58,350 nucleotides of DNA from a virus: positions 1 through 58,350 of IMG/VR virus record IMGVR_UViG_3300029815_000015, one strand, 5' to 3'. The notes under the pieces were generated by a model that was given only the letters and a program-made list of their open reading frames with translations, searched no databases and was not told the origin of the DNA. Below, piece by piece: positions 18,011 to 27,035 of this stretch (positions are counted from its first letter, which is position 1; each line of letters begins with the position of its first letter). The position numbers and the translations under genes were made by a program.

Positions 18011-18824
18011 CAAACGGATGTTTTCAAGAAAATTGATTAGTTCGGATGTGTTTTTGGACATGCCATTAACTGCACAAGGATTGTTTTTTCATCTGTGCAT
18101 GAGAGCCGATGATGATGGATTTGTAGATGCTCCAAACCGAATTGTAAGAGAATGCCAGGCAACTCCAAAAGACCTTGAAATCCTTGAAAGGAAGAGATAC
18201 ATACTCACGTTTGAAAACTCTAACGTGGTACTTATCAAACATTGGTTTCTGCACAACTCGATTGCAAAGGACCGGTACACGCCAACACTGTATACAGATG
18301 AAAGGTCGAGAGTCACCTTAAAATGTGGCAAGATGTACCCGAATTGTAGCAAGAGTGACAACAAGAACTATACGGAAATAAAACGTACAGATAACGACTT
18401 GGAAACGAATTGTAACCAAACTGATAACAAAGTGGAACGTAGAGAAGATAAGGTAAGAGAAGAAAAGAAAAGTGATATTGTCGAGCAGAGCACGACGGAC
18501 ACTTCTTTGGTGAAAGAAATCATTGATTACTTGAATGAAAAGACTGGTGCAAGTTACAGATACAGTACCCAAAAGACACAAAGTCTTATCAATGCAAGGC
18601 TTAAAGAAAAATTCACTTTGGAAGATTTCAAACGTGTAATTGACAGTAAATGTAACGATTGGAAATCAGACGAGAAGATGAAAGAGTATTTGCGGCCCGA
18701 AACTTTGTTTGGAACGAAGTTTGAGAGTTATCTGCAAAATGCTCTAAAGATTTTGAAACCTAGAGCAGAGCCGGAAGAAGTTGTTCCGGAAGTTGAGGAA
18801 GAGGAAGTAGGTGCTGACTGGTAA
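18003..18824 (+). CDS. Replisome organiser (N-terminal organiser domain + DnaD-like phage C-terminus)
   Basis: MADKRMFSRKLISSDVFLDMPLTAQGLFFHLCMRADDDGFV.. and C-terminal IIDYLNEKTGASYRY..LINARLKE.FTLEDFKRVID. ATG 18003 lies 9 nt after AAGGAG. Confidence 0.75.
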   Translation: MADKRMFSRKLISSDVFLDMPLTAQGLFFHLCMRADDDGFVDAPNRIVRECQATPKDLEILERKRYILTFENSNVVLIKHWFLHNSIAKDRYTPTLYTDERSRVTLKCGKMYPNCSKSDNKNYTEIKRTDNDLETNCNQTDNKVERREDKVREEKKSDIVEQSTTDTSLVKEIIDYLNEKTGASYRYSTQKTQSLINARLKEKFTLEDFKRVIDSKCNDWKSDEKMKEYLRPETLFGTKFESYLQNALKILKPRAEPEEVVPEVEEEEVGADW

Positions 18825-20656
18825 TGCGATATAAAGTTTACGAGTTTAACCCGGATGATGCTTACAACTTTGCTCGTCATGTTGGAATTGAGGTTAAGGA
18901 ACACGGTGGCGAATTGTTTTTTAAGACTTGCCCTTATTGCAAGCCAAGAGCAACAAGGGGAAATGTTCGCACTTTTTCGATAAATCTTAAAACTGGACAG
19001 TTTAAGTGTTTAAGAGCCAGTTGCGGAATCTCCGGCAACATGGTAACGCTTTCAAAGGATTTTGATTTTTCTCTTGGCAACGAGGTTGACGAGTATTACC
19101 GTCCAAAGAAAAGATACAAGCGGTTGAAGCAACCAAAAGAAGCAATTAAACCAAAGCCGGAAGCGATTCAGTATTTGGAAAGCCGTGGTATATCCGAAGA
19201 AGTTGCCAAAAAGTACGAAATTACCGTACAGACTAGCCATCCAAACATTCTTGTATTTCCGTTCTATGACGAAAATGGTGTACTGCAATTTGTCAAGTAT
19301 AGAAAAACGGATTTTGACAAGGAAAATGATGCCAACAAGGAGTGGTGCGAAGCAAGCACAAAACCGATATTGTTTGGAATGAAACAATGCGATGATAGTT
19401 TTGATACGCTCGTACTCACAGAGGGTCAGATGGATTCATTAGCAGTTGCTACGGCAGAAATACCAAACGCAGTGTCTGTTCCAACCGGTGCCAAAGGCTT
19501 TACATGGATTCCCTATTGTTGGGATTGGCTTTGCAAATGGAAAAAAATCATCGTTTTTGGAGATTTTGAGAAAGGCTCAATATCTTTGTTGGATGAACTT
19601 GCAAAACGTCTAAAAGACCGTGTAGAACACGTCAGAGAGGACAATTACAAAGACTGCAAGGACGCAAACGAGATACTTCTCAAATACGGAGCAGAGCAGG
19701 TTAGAAAATGCGTTGAAGAATCGGTTAAGCTGCCAATCGACAATGTGATTGATTTGGCAGATGTAAAAGAACTTGACCCATACAGCATTGAAAAGATACC
19801 GACCGGTATTGCGGATGTAGACAACTTGCTTTGCGGAGGAATCCCATTCGGTGTTGTTACCATCGTTACTGGAAAATCAGGAAAAGGAAAATCAACTTTT
19901 GTAGGGCAGATTATAACAAGAGCATTAAACAAAGGTGACAATGTTTTTGTATATTCGGGGGAAATGCCAAATTATCTTTTTAAGAATGCGATTGATTTTC
20001 AAATTGCTGGACCGGCAAACGTAGTGGAAGAAGATAGGAGAGATTATGTAAAGCGTTACGTTCGCAAATCTGCGAAAGATAAGATTGTAGAGTGGTATCG
20101 TGGAAAGTGTATGCTTTACGACCGCACTATGGTTAAAGATGAAGATACTGACTTGCTGAATACAATTGAACGTATGATAGTAAGCCAAAATGCAAGGGTT
20201 ATTGTGATTGACAATTTAATGACAATGATAAACAAAACAAGAGTTAAGGGAAGCAAGTTAGAAGCACAGAGCGAAGTTTCAAACACACTAGAGGATATGG
20301 CTAGATTTTACAATATTTGTATTATCTTAGTTGCGCACAAAAGGAAAGATAGCGGGATTGATGATGAAGATATGGACGATTCGATTCGTGGCGATTCCGA
20401 TATTGTCAATTCGGCAGGAGTGATTATTCACTACAACGTAAATAAAGATGAAAATACGATGGAAAATTATCCGAGAATAATCTCGGTTACTAAAAATCGT
20501 GTATTTGGAAGAACTTCTTACAGAGGTTGGAAAGTACACTACGATGAAAAGTCTAAACGAATCTACGGAGACCACGATGATTTAAATATTTGTCTTGGTT
20601 GGGATAATGAAAGCGATGGATTTGTTGAGGACTACGATAATTCAATATTTAGTTAG
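18824..20656 (+). CDS. Bifunctional primase-helicase
   Basis: Zn finger CPYC..C..C, TOPRIM LTEGQMDSLAV, Walker A GKSGKGKST, Walker B VIVIDNL. Confidence 0.8.
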   Translation: MRYKVYEFNPDDAYNFARHVGIEVKEHGGELFFKTCPYCKPRATRGNVRTFSINLKTGQFKCLRASCGISGNMVTLSKDFDFSLGNEVDEYYRPKKRYKRLKQPKEAIKPKPEAIQYLESRGISEEVAKKYEITVQTSHPNILVFPFYDENGVLQFVKYRKTDFDKENDANKEWCEASTKPILFGMKQCDDSFDTLVLTEGQMDSLAVATAEIPNAVSVPTGAKGFTWIPYCWDWLCKWKKIIVFGDFEKGSISLLDELAKRLKDRVEHVREDNYKDCKDANEILLKYGAEQVRKCVEESVKLPIDNVIDLADVKELDPYSIEKIPTGIADVDNLLCGGIPFGVVTIVTGKSGKGKSTFVGQIITRALNKGDNVFVYSGEMPNYLFKNAIDFQIAGPANVVEEDRRDYVKRYVRKSAKDKIVEWYRGKCMLYDRTMVKDEDTDLLNTIERMIVSQNARVIVIDNLMTMINKTRVKGSKLEAQSEVSNTLEDMARFYNICIILVAHKRKDSGIDDEDMDDSIRGDSDIVNSAGVIIHYNVNKDENTMENYPRIISVTKNRVFGRTSYRGWKVHYDEKSKRIYGDHDDLNICLGWDNESDGFVEDYDNSIFS

Positions 20657-20667
20657 GTGGTGTTTAT

Positions 20668-20901
20668 ATGGGAAGCGTAAATGCATCGCAGATTCCAGAA
20701 GAACAGCATATGTGGACTGATATTTGGAATTGGCGTAAGAAATATTACTACCCGGAAGATGATGATTCTTGGTGGAAAGAGTTTACGGAAACTGGCATTG
20801 CAATCGGAGAAAAATACGCAACTAAATTATCGCATGAGATTATTTTTGCAATATTTAATGATGTGCAAAGTCGCAGTAAAAAATTAGAACAAACGGAGTA
20901 A
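20668..20901 (+). CDS. Hypothetical protein (77 aa)
   Basis: SD AGGTGGTG. Trp-rich, no recognisable motif. Confidence 0.55.
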   Translation: MGSVNASQIPEEQHMWTDIWNWRKKYYYPEDDDSWWKEFTETGIAIGEKYATKLSHEIIFAIFNDVQSRSKKLEQTE

Positions 20902-20905
20902 TGAT

Positions 20906-21931
20906 ATGAATGAACAATTAAATATTTTTTCTGTATTTAGAAGAGATTTTAGAATAAATAACAAAATTCGTTTAATTGAATTATTTGCCGGAGTAGGTTC
21001 GCAAGCTATGGCACTTAAAAGATTAGGAGCGGACTTTGAACATTACAAGGTTGTTGAATTTGATAAGTACGCAATCAAAAGTTACAACGCAATTCACGGA
21101 ACAGATTTTGAACCTACAGACATAACTCAAATAAGCGGTTCTGATTTGGAAATAGTTGACACTGAAACATTTACTTACTTACTTACTTACTCTTTTCCTT
21201 GCCAAGATTTATCGGTTGCCGGTAAGCAAAAGGGAATGGTTAAAGGTAGCGGCACAAGGTCCGGGTTGCTATGGGAAGTAGAACGATTGCTGAATGAGGT
21301 TGGCAATTTACCACAAGTGTTACTTATGGAGAATGTTCCACAGGTTCACGGAAAGAAGAACATGGAAGATTTCCAAAAATGGATAGCATTCCTTGAAAGC
21401 AAAGGTTATTCAAATTATTGGCAGGACTTAAACGCAAAGAATTATGGTGTTGCTCAAAACAGAAATCGTTGCTTTATGGTTAGCATTTTAGGAAATTATA
21501 AATTTACATTTCCAAATCCTATTGAACTGCAAAAAGTGATGAAAGATTATCTGGAAGATGAAGTTGACGAGAAGTATTACATCAATAACGAAAAAGCACA
21601 GAAATTGATACAGAAACTAATTGACAACGGAACACTTCAAAATACAATCACTAGAGCAGAGCAGAGCAGAGCAGAGCAGAGCAGACTTGCGTTGACGGAA
21701 CAATTAACGAGCCAAGAGAAAAGCGAGTCGGAAACTGCATTAAGGCAAGATATGACGCAGGAATCTCAAACTTGCGGTCAGATGGAAACTGTATTGTTGA
21801 AAGGAATGGTTGATAAACAATTAGAACCACAAGCACAAAAAATTGACGTATCATCAACGCTTATGTCAAGAGATTATAAAGGGTTAAATAACTATGGAAC
21901 AAATGGAGTGATTGAATGGAAAGAAAAATAG
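20906..21931 (+). CDS. DNA (cytosine-5) methyltransferase, N-terminal/alpha part (motifs I-VIII plus TRD module)
   Basis: ELFAGVGS (I), FPCQDLS (IV), ENVPQV (VI), QNRNRCFMVS (VIII), then IDVSSTLMSRDYKGLNNYGTNGVIE. Ends at TAG 21929-21931. Confidence 0.85.
   Translation: MNEQLNIFSVFRRDFRINNKIRLIELFAGVGSQAMALKRLGADFEHYKVVEFDKYAIKSYNAIHGTDFEPTDITQISGSDLEIVDTETFTYLLTYSFPCQDLSVAGKQKGMVKGSGTRSGLLWEVERLLNEVGNLPQVLLMENVPQVHGKKNMEDFQKWIAFLESKGYSNYWQDLNAKNYGVAQNRNRCFMVSILGNYKFTFPNPIELQKVMKDYLEDEVDEKYYINNEKAQKLIQKLIDNGTLQNTITRAEQSRAEQSRLALTEQLTSQEKSESETALRQDMTQESQTCGQMETVLLKGMVDKQLEPQAQKIDVSSTLMSRDYKGLNNYGTNGVIEWKEK
21653..21685 (+). repeat. Pentanucleotide tract (AGAGC)x6.6 inside the methyltransferase gene
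   Basis: Read directly: six perfect AGAGC units plus AGA. Encodes RAEQS repeats in the current frame. Confidence 0.95.
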
Positions 21932-22446
21932 GGAACATATTTGGCTTTTCTGGCGGTAATTACGCAGGTAATGTGTATGACAAATGCCATTTAAGTCCTA
22001 CTCTAAGCACTATGCAGTGGGGGTGTAAACAACCGATGATTGTAGAAGCAAATTCAATCCGTATGGTTAGAACGGAAGAAGGGAAGGCATTGAGAAAACA
22101 ATATGAAAAGCCTAACCAGTTAGGATTTATGGATAATGGGACCGGTCAGCATCAATCAAACACAGTATACGATGAAAAAGCACTATGCCCTAATATTACT
22201 ACTGTTAATGGTGGTGGAACACAACAAATAAAAGTTGCGACACAATATCGAATTAGAAAGTTGACACCAAAAGAATGTTGGAGATTGATGGACTTTTCGG
22301 ATGAAGATTTTGAAAAGGCAGAAAAAGTTAATTCAAATACGCAGTTATATAAACAAGCCGGAAATTCCATTGTTGTAAATGTTCTTGTTGCAATTTTAGG
22401 ACAGTTATTGCAAGGAAAAGAAGATTTATATAAGGAAATTATTTAA
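21916..22446 (+). CDS. DNA (cytosine-5) methyltransferase, C-terminal/beta part (two TRD modules plus motifs IX-X)
   Basis: VYDKCHLSPTLSTMQWG.., VYDEKALCPNITTVNGGG.., YRIRKLTPKECWRLMDF (IX), GNSIVVNVL (X). ATG 21916 lies 8 nt after GGAG and overlaps the alpha ORF by 16 nt. Confidence 0.8.
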   Translation: MERKIGNIFGFSGGNYAGNVYDKCHLSPTLSTMQWGCKQPMIVEANSIRMVRTEEGKALRKQYEKPNQLGFMDNGTGQHQSNTVYDEKALCPNITTVNGGGTQQIKVATQYRIRKLTPKECWRLMDFSDEDFEKAEKVNSNTQLYKQAGNSIVVNVLVAILGQLLQGKEDLYKEII

Positions 22447-22462
22447 GAAAGGAGCAAATGAA

Positions 22463-22933
22463 ATGTTAAAAAGACAATATCCAATAATGATGGGGTTGGG
22501 AACAAAGATTTTAACCGCATATCATCATCCAAATTTTAAGAATGGTTTGATGTTTGCAATCTTGGACAGTAAGAAAAAATTTCCAAGAGGTCACAATGTA
22601 AGCAACGATGAATTAAAACAGTCAATGTCTACGGTCAGAGCAGAAATATATTTTAGTGATATTGATACACTTGACGGATTTATCAAGCAACTAAAATATG
22701 AGCGAGATTTGTGGGCGAAAAAGATTGAGAAGAAAATAAAATATAGCGATGTGTTGAAAGAAGCACAATCTCTTGTTTCAGAAACCATAGTTGATTATAG
22801 ACCGGCTTATGGATTATATGTTGATGGAATGGATGATTGTGAGCAAATTCCTAACGCAATAGTATGTTGGACAAAAAACGGTTCAGAATTTATATACATC
22901 AAGAAAGGAGACTATGATGAAAAGATTAACTAA
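22463..22933 (+). CDS. Hypothetical protein (156 aa)
   Basis: SD AAGGAG. No recognisable motif. Confidence 0.6.
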   Translation: MLKRQYPIMMGLGTKILTAYHHPNFKNGLMFAILDSKKKFPRGHNVSNDELKQSMSTVRAEIYFSDIDTLDGFIKQLKYERDLWAKKIEKKIKYSDVLKEAQSLVSETIVDYRPAYGLYVDGMDDCEQIPNAIVCWTKNGSEFIYIKKGDYDEKIN

Positions 22934-23180
22934 TAGCGGGAAAGAAATACCTACGTTGATTGATAATGCTGAATATTGGCGGAAAGCGTACTTTAAATTA
23001 AAAGAGTATGAGGATTTAGAGGAAAAGAGCAGACTTCTTAAATTGCCACTTGCTGATGATAAAGTAGAACACAGAGAATGTGTTCATACTAAAGCAACTT
23101 GTCACCACGAAGAGTGTAAGTGTTCTGAATGTCCATTGACGGAGTTATTTTTGGTGTTACGAAGAGGCTTATGCAAGTAA
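22914..23180 (+). CDS. Hypothetical Cys/His-rich protein (about 87 aa)
   Basis: SD AAGGAG. Second ATG (22917) has the better spacing. CHHEECKCSEC cluster. Confidence 0.5.
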   Translation: MMKRLTNSGKEIPTLIDNAEYWRKAYFKLKEYEDLEEKSRLLKLPLADDKVEHRECVHTKATCHHEECKCSECPLTELFLVLRRGLCK

Positions 23181-23247
23181 TGTCTTGCTGGCATTGAATT
23201 AGGAGAATCCAAAGCAGAAACAAAACTGAAAGAATTGAGGTGTAACA

Positions 23248-23463
23248 ATGATTGATTGTAATATTTGCAAGCATAAAGAAGATTATTGTATAGGATGCAA
23301 ACATGGAGAGTTGTTCGAGAGGAAAAATGTGTCAGAATCTAAAAAAATATCAGTTAGTAATGGAAATGAATATTGCGGACATTGTGGTTATTTGTGTGAC
23401 TACGCAAGAGGATATAAAAAGTTTTATTGTATTAGGTGCGGCGGACTTAATTTAAGAAGTTGA
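23248..23463 (+). CDS. Zn-ribbon protein (71 aa)
   Basis: Four CxxC pairs (CNIC, CIGC, CGHC, CIRC). SD GAGGTG. Confidence 0.6.
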   Translation: MIDCNICKHKEDYCIGCKHGELFERKNVSESKKISVSNGNEYCGHCGYLCDYARGYKKFYCIRCGGLNLRS

Positions 23464-23482
23464 AAGAATTGAGAGGTGGAGA

Positions 23483-23710
23483 ATGAATCGTAAGAAACGC
23501 TATGGTGTCTGGAATACCAAAAAGAAAGAATTTCAATTTGGTATTTGCGAACCAAGCAAAACAAAAGCAAGAAAGAAATTATATGAAAAGATTGGGAAAG
23601 ATGCCTACAAATACAGATTTCAAATTAAAGAATTGAAACTAGGCAATCCAAAGGCTGAAAAGTTGCTGACTATAGAAATTGGAGGTGATAACAATGGCTC
23701 AATGGAATAG
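23483..23710 (+). CDS. Basic hypothetical protein (75 aa)
   Basis: SD GAGGTGGAG. Lys-rich. Confidence 0.55.
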   Translation: MNRKKRYGVWNTKKKEFQFGICEPSKTKARKKLYEKIGKDAYKYRFQIKELKLGNPKAEKLLTIEIGGDNNGSME

Positions 23711-24062
23711 AAACACAGTCCCAAAATGTAAGATTAAAAATTGCTCAGATGAAGTTTTGGCAACGGTAGAACACATAGGATATGGCGGAAAACTTTATAG
23801 GAGAGTGATTAAGGCGGTGTACTTCCCATATCATCACTGTACTATTGAGGATATGGCTTGGAATATGAACGATGGTATTCCTAGCAATTGGGAATATTCA
23901 GAAGATGATGATTCATATTGGATTCCGCAAGGTTGGTATGAAGTGTGCGATTACTTTGAGGATTATTCCTATTCACAAATTACAGATTGCGTAAAGGCTT
24001 GGATGAAGTTACCTAATCCATATGAACCAAGAGTTAAAGAGTTTGGAGGTGGAGAAAAATGA
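23694..24062 (+). CDS. Hypothetical protein (122 aa)
   Basis: ATG 23694 lies 7 nt after GGAGGTG. Trp/Tyr/acidic-rich. Confidence 0.55.
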   Translation: MAQWNRNTVPKCKIKNCSDEVLATVEHIGYGGKLYRRVIKAVYFPYHHCTIEDMAWNMNDGIPSNWEYSEDDDSYWIPQGWYEVCDYFEDYSYSQITDCVKAWMKLPNPYEPRVKEFGGGEK

Positions 24063-24691
24063 AAGTAGTAATTGACATACCTAAAGATTTCACAGGAGAT
24101 TATATTGCTGACAAATTCAAAGATTTCTTTTCAAGGGTTATTGCGGATATTGATTGTAAAGGTATGTGTGGTAGATACGAGAAAGAAATTGCTGAAATGT
24201 TTTTAAAAGCATTTGATGATAGTGAAGAAAAGATTTCTTGCAACTGCCAGAATAACAGCAATCCAAGAGATAATGAGCCTTGTTGCAGATGCGATAGTAA
24301 ATTTTCAGAAAATGATGATACAAAAAGCAAAGTTACGTCTCTGGAAACTATAGTAAGGATGGCAGACAACAAGCCATATTACGAAATCAAGTACAAAAAA
24401 GTCGGCGAAGATTATTACCATGTAGGTTACAGTTCATTCAATATTGATAATGTATTGAAATGGCGTGATGAGTGTTTTGAACTTGTTGATGTGAAATACA
24501 CCAATGCCGACAGGATAAGGAATATGTCGGATGAAGAGTTGGCAGAGTTTATACAGAAAATAAAAACTACTTGCTTTGTAGATTTTATAGGATATGCAAA
24601 TAAAGACTGTGAGCAAGATAAAATTTCTTGTAAAGATTGTCAAGCAAAAGCACCAACAATACTTGAATGGCTTCAATCAGAAGCAGAATAG
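24059..24691 (+). CDS. Hypothetical protein (210 aa)
   Basis: ATGA overlap with the upstream gene. SD GGAGGTGGAG. Scattered Cys clusters. Confidence 0.6.
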   Translation: MKVVIDIPKDFTGDYIADKFKDFFSRVIADIDCKGMCGRYEKEIAEMFLKAFDDSEEKISCNCQNNSNPRDNEPCCRCDSKFSENDDTKSKVTSLETIVRMADNKPYYEIKYKKVGEDYYHVGYSSFNIDNVLKWRDECFELVDVKYTNADRIRNMSDEELAEFIQKIKTTCFVDFIGYANKDCEQDKISCKDCQAKAPTILEWLQSEAE

Positions 24692-24700
24692 GAGGTAATT

Positions 24701-25066
24701 ATGGATGGTTTAATTATTAAAAAGAAATGGTTAGACCTTATTGTTAATGGCAAAAAGACCATTGAAATAAGAGGAAGTGATACAAAAAATGAAGGAGAGA
24801 AAATATACCTTCTTGAAAGCGGAACTCACAAAATTGTTGCAACTGCCGTAATTAGTGCTACATATCCTATATCATGTTCTGATTGGTCAGAAGAAAGAGA
24901 AGAACATTGTGTTGATATTTCTTACTCAGACCTAAAAAAAAGATACAAAACACCATATGCATGGGTATTATCTGATGTGACGCCTATTAAAGACATATGG
25001 TACTACAAGCATCCACAAGGTGCAGTGATTTGGGTAAAAAATGTAGAAGTTGTAAATAAAAATTAG
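24701..25066 (+). CDS. ASCH/PUA-like domain protein (121 aa)
   Basis: IIKKKWLDLIVNGKKTIEIRG.. resembles the ASCH-domain N-terminus. SD AGGAGGT. Confidence 0.5.
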   Translation: MDGLIIKKKWLDLIVNGKKTIEIRGSDTKNEGEKIYLLESGTHKIVATAVISATYPISCSDWSEEREEHCVDISYSDLKKRYKTPYAWVLSDVTPIKDIWYYKHPQGAVIWVKNVEVVNKN

Positions 25067-25099
25067 ATATGATTATTAGCAAAAAAGGAGAGAGATGAA

Positions 25100-25450
25100 A
25101 TGAAAAAAATTTTTGAAAAATGGTATGTTTTATTTATGTTATTGAGAATAGCACGACATAACAAAATCAGAATGAAATTTAAGAAAAAGTATGATAATCC
25201 TTTTGGTGGTTATGGAGAATCTCTTGAAGATATGACATTAGAAAAATGTTATGAAAGGGATAATAGGCTTTATAAAAAATCAAAAGAATTAAAAGAATAT
25301 GAAGTCGCATCAAAACCTCAAAGAGATGATTTTGGATTATATGCATATGTAGACCAGCATTGTGGATATTGTGAGGATGATTATTACGGAACAATATACA
25401 CAAAAACGCCACTTAAAAATAGATGGTTAGAAAGAGGTTATCAATGCTAG
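25100..25450 (+). CDS. Hypothetical protein (116 aa)
   Basis: SD AAGGAGAG. No motif. Confidence 0.55.
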   Translation: MKKIFEKWYVLFMLLRIARHNKIRMKFKKKYDNPFGGYGESLEDMTLEKCYERDNRLYKKSKELKEYEVASKPQRDDFGLYAYVDQHCGYCEDDYYGTIYTKTPLKNRWLERGYQC

Positions 25451-25481
25451 GTTGATAATCAAAAGTAGAATAGGAGGAAAT

Positions 25482-25742
25482 ATGAGCGATAGTTATTGGA
25501 ATTATGAAGATGACAAGAATATCATCTGTCCTTATTGTGACGAAGAATACGAGCCGTTTTACGAAGAAACATGCATAGGCGGTGAACGCGTTAATTGCTA
25601 TACCGAAGATACCAACATATACACTTGTGATAATTGTGGCAAGAAATTTACAATGTATGGTTATCGAACCGGGTGGAAATATCGCACCGAAACGATTGAC
25701 GGAGAAGCAACAGAGGAAGAAATTGAAAATTTGCGAGATTAA
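25482..25742 (+). CDS. Zn-ribbon protein (86 aa)
   Basis: ATG 25482 lies 7 nt after AGGAGG. CPYC ... CDNC. Confidence 0.55.
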   Translation: MSDSYWNYEDDKNIICPYCDEEYEPFYEETCIGGERVNCYTEDTNIYTCDNCGKKFTMYGYRTGWKYRTETIDGEATEEEIENLRD

Positions 25743-25912
25743 GGAGAGAGAATATGAAAGATAGATTTTTATTTAAAGCAAAGAGGATGAAAGTCATTGT
25801 TGTTATTGCAACGGATTAAATAAAGCAATCGAGATTGTAAAAGCAGGTGGCATGAATAATAATTCAAAAAAAAGTGACTAAGTAAGTAAAAATACTAGAA
25901 AGGACGGATAAC

Positions 25913-26242
25913 ATGGCAGTAAACAAAAGAGCAGCAATGCGGAGAGAAAAACGCGTGCAGGAGAAATTGACCGGCGGTAAGCCAACACAAACAAAACTTA
26001 TGGCAAGGGCATACATAACTGGTAAGAATGAGGGATTTGAACTTGCTACTGGAATTATGTTTCTTGCACTTTGCGAAGAATTTGGATTTGGAAACAAAAG
26101 AATCAATCGACTTATTGAACGTATATCCGATGAATCAGTAAAGATGGATGAAGACCCAACAAAGTTTAATGTTGATTGGTACATAGATAAAGTCAGAGAG
26201 AAATGCGGTGTCCGAATTCTTAAATCAGATGAGGATGAGTGA
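25913..26242 (+). CDS. Hypothetical protein (109 aa)
   Basis: Long ORF with a basic N-terminus. Weak SD AAAGGA. Confidence 0.55.
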   Translation: MAVNKRAAMRREKRVQEKLTGGKPTQTKLMARAYITGKNEGFELATGIMFLALCEEFGFGNKRINRLIERISDESVKMDEDPTKFNVDWYIDKVREKCGVRILKSDEDE

Positions 26243-26251
26243 GGTGTTTGT

Positions 26252-26869
26252 TTGAGCAATATCTATCAAAAACGATTGTACGATAGAAGAAAGCAGAACG
26301 GACTTTGCATTGATTGTGGAAAGCCACTAGATAGAGACGGCTTACGATGTATAAGTTGTCGTGGTAAAAAGTCGGAGAACGAAAGAAAAAATAAACAATG
26401 CTATAAAGAAGTTGGCATATGTCCTATTTGCAGAAAGGTTCCAATCGGCAGTAGTGAATCATCATGCCCGGAATGCCGTGCAAATGAATCAATACAATGC
26501 AATAATCGAAGAAACAAAAGTGAAGAAGCACGAAAGAGATATAACAAAGAACACAAGGAATGGGCGAAACTTACATATAAGAAGGATGTAGAAAAAGGTA
26601 TTTGTCCACGGTGCCGTAAGCGAAAAGCCGATTACGGGTACTTGACTTGTGGAATATGCAGGGAGAAAAGCAGAAATAGGCAAAGAGCAAAGGCTAGCAC
26701 CAAAAAGAAAACATGGATTGAAAACGGCTTGTGTTGCTTTTGCGGTGGAAAAGTAAAAGATGGATACAAGGTATGTGAAAAGCACTATCAGATGAATGTG
26801 GAAAAATCACGCTCACAAAAAGCGAAAGAAGCAAGAAGAGAGTTACAAGAGAGCGGAATATTATATTAA
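26252..26869 (+). CDS. Multi-Zn-ribbon basic protein (205 aa)
   Basis: At least four CxxC...CxxC units (CIDC/CISC, CPIC/CPEC, CPRC/CGIC, CCFC..C). TTG start after GAGGTG. Confidence 0.55.
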   Translation: MSNIYQKRLYDRRKQNGLCIDCGKPLDRDGLRCISCRGKKSENERKNKQCYKEVGICPICRKVPIGSSESSCPECRANESIQCNNRRNKSEEARKRYNKEHKEWAKLTYKKDVEKGICPRCRKRKADYGYLTCGICREKSRNRQRAKASTKKKTWIENGLCCFCGGKVKDGYKVCEKHYQMNVEKSRSQKAKEARRELQESGILY

Positions 26870-26885
26870 AAAGGAGAAATAGACC

Positions 26886-27017
26886 ATGGAAAGATTATCA
26901 GAAGAACAGTACAGAGAAGTAATTGCGGAAATCAAACATAGTGAACTTCCGAGAAAAACGCAGGAGTTTTTGATTGCGTTGGTTGATGAAGCCAATAAAC
27001 CAAACAAAAAATTATAG
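26886..27017 (+). CDS. Hypothetical small protein (43 aa)
   Basis: SD AAGGAG 8 nt upstream of ATG. Below the ORF-track cut-off. Confidence 0.4.
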   Translation: MERLSEEQYREVIAEIKHSELPRKTQEFLIALVDEANKPNKKL

Positions 27018-27035
27018 AATGAAAGGAAAAGGCTT

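Noticed and set aside
25864-26259. 131-aa minus-strand ORF
   Set aside because: It is the mirror image of the + strand ORF 25913..26242, which fits the unidirectional operon. The minus ORF has no SD and a Ser/Leu-rich translation.
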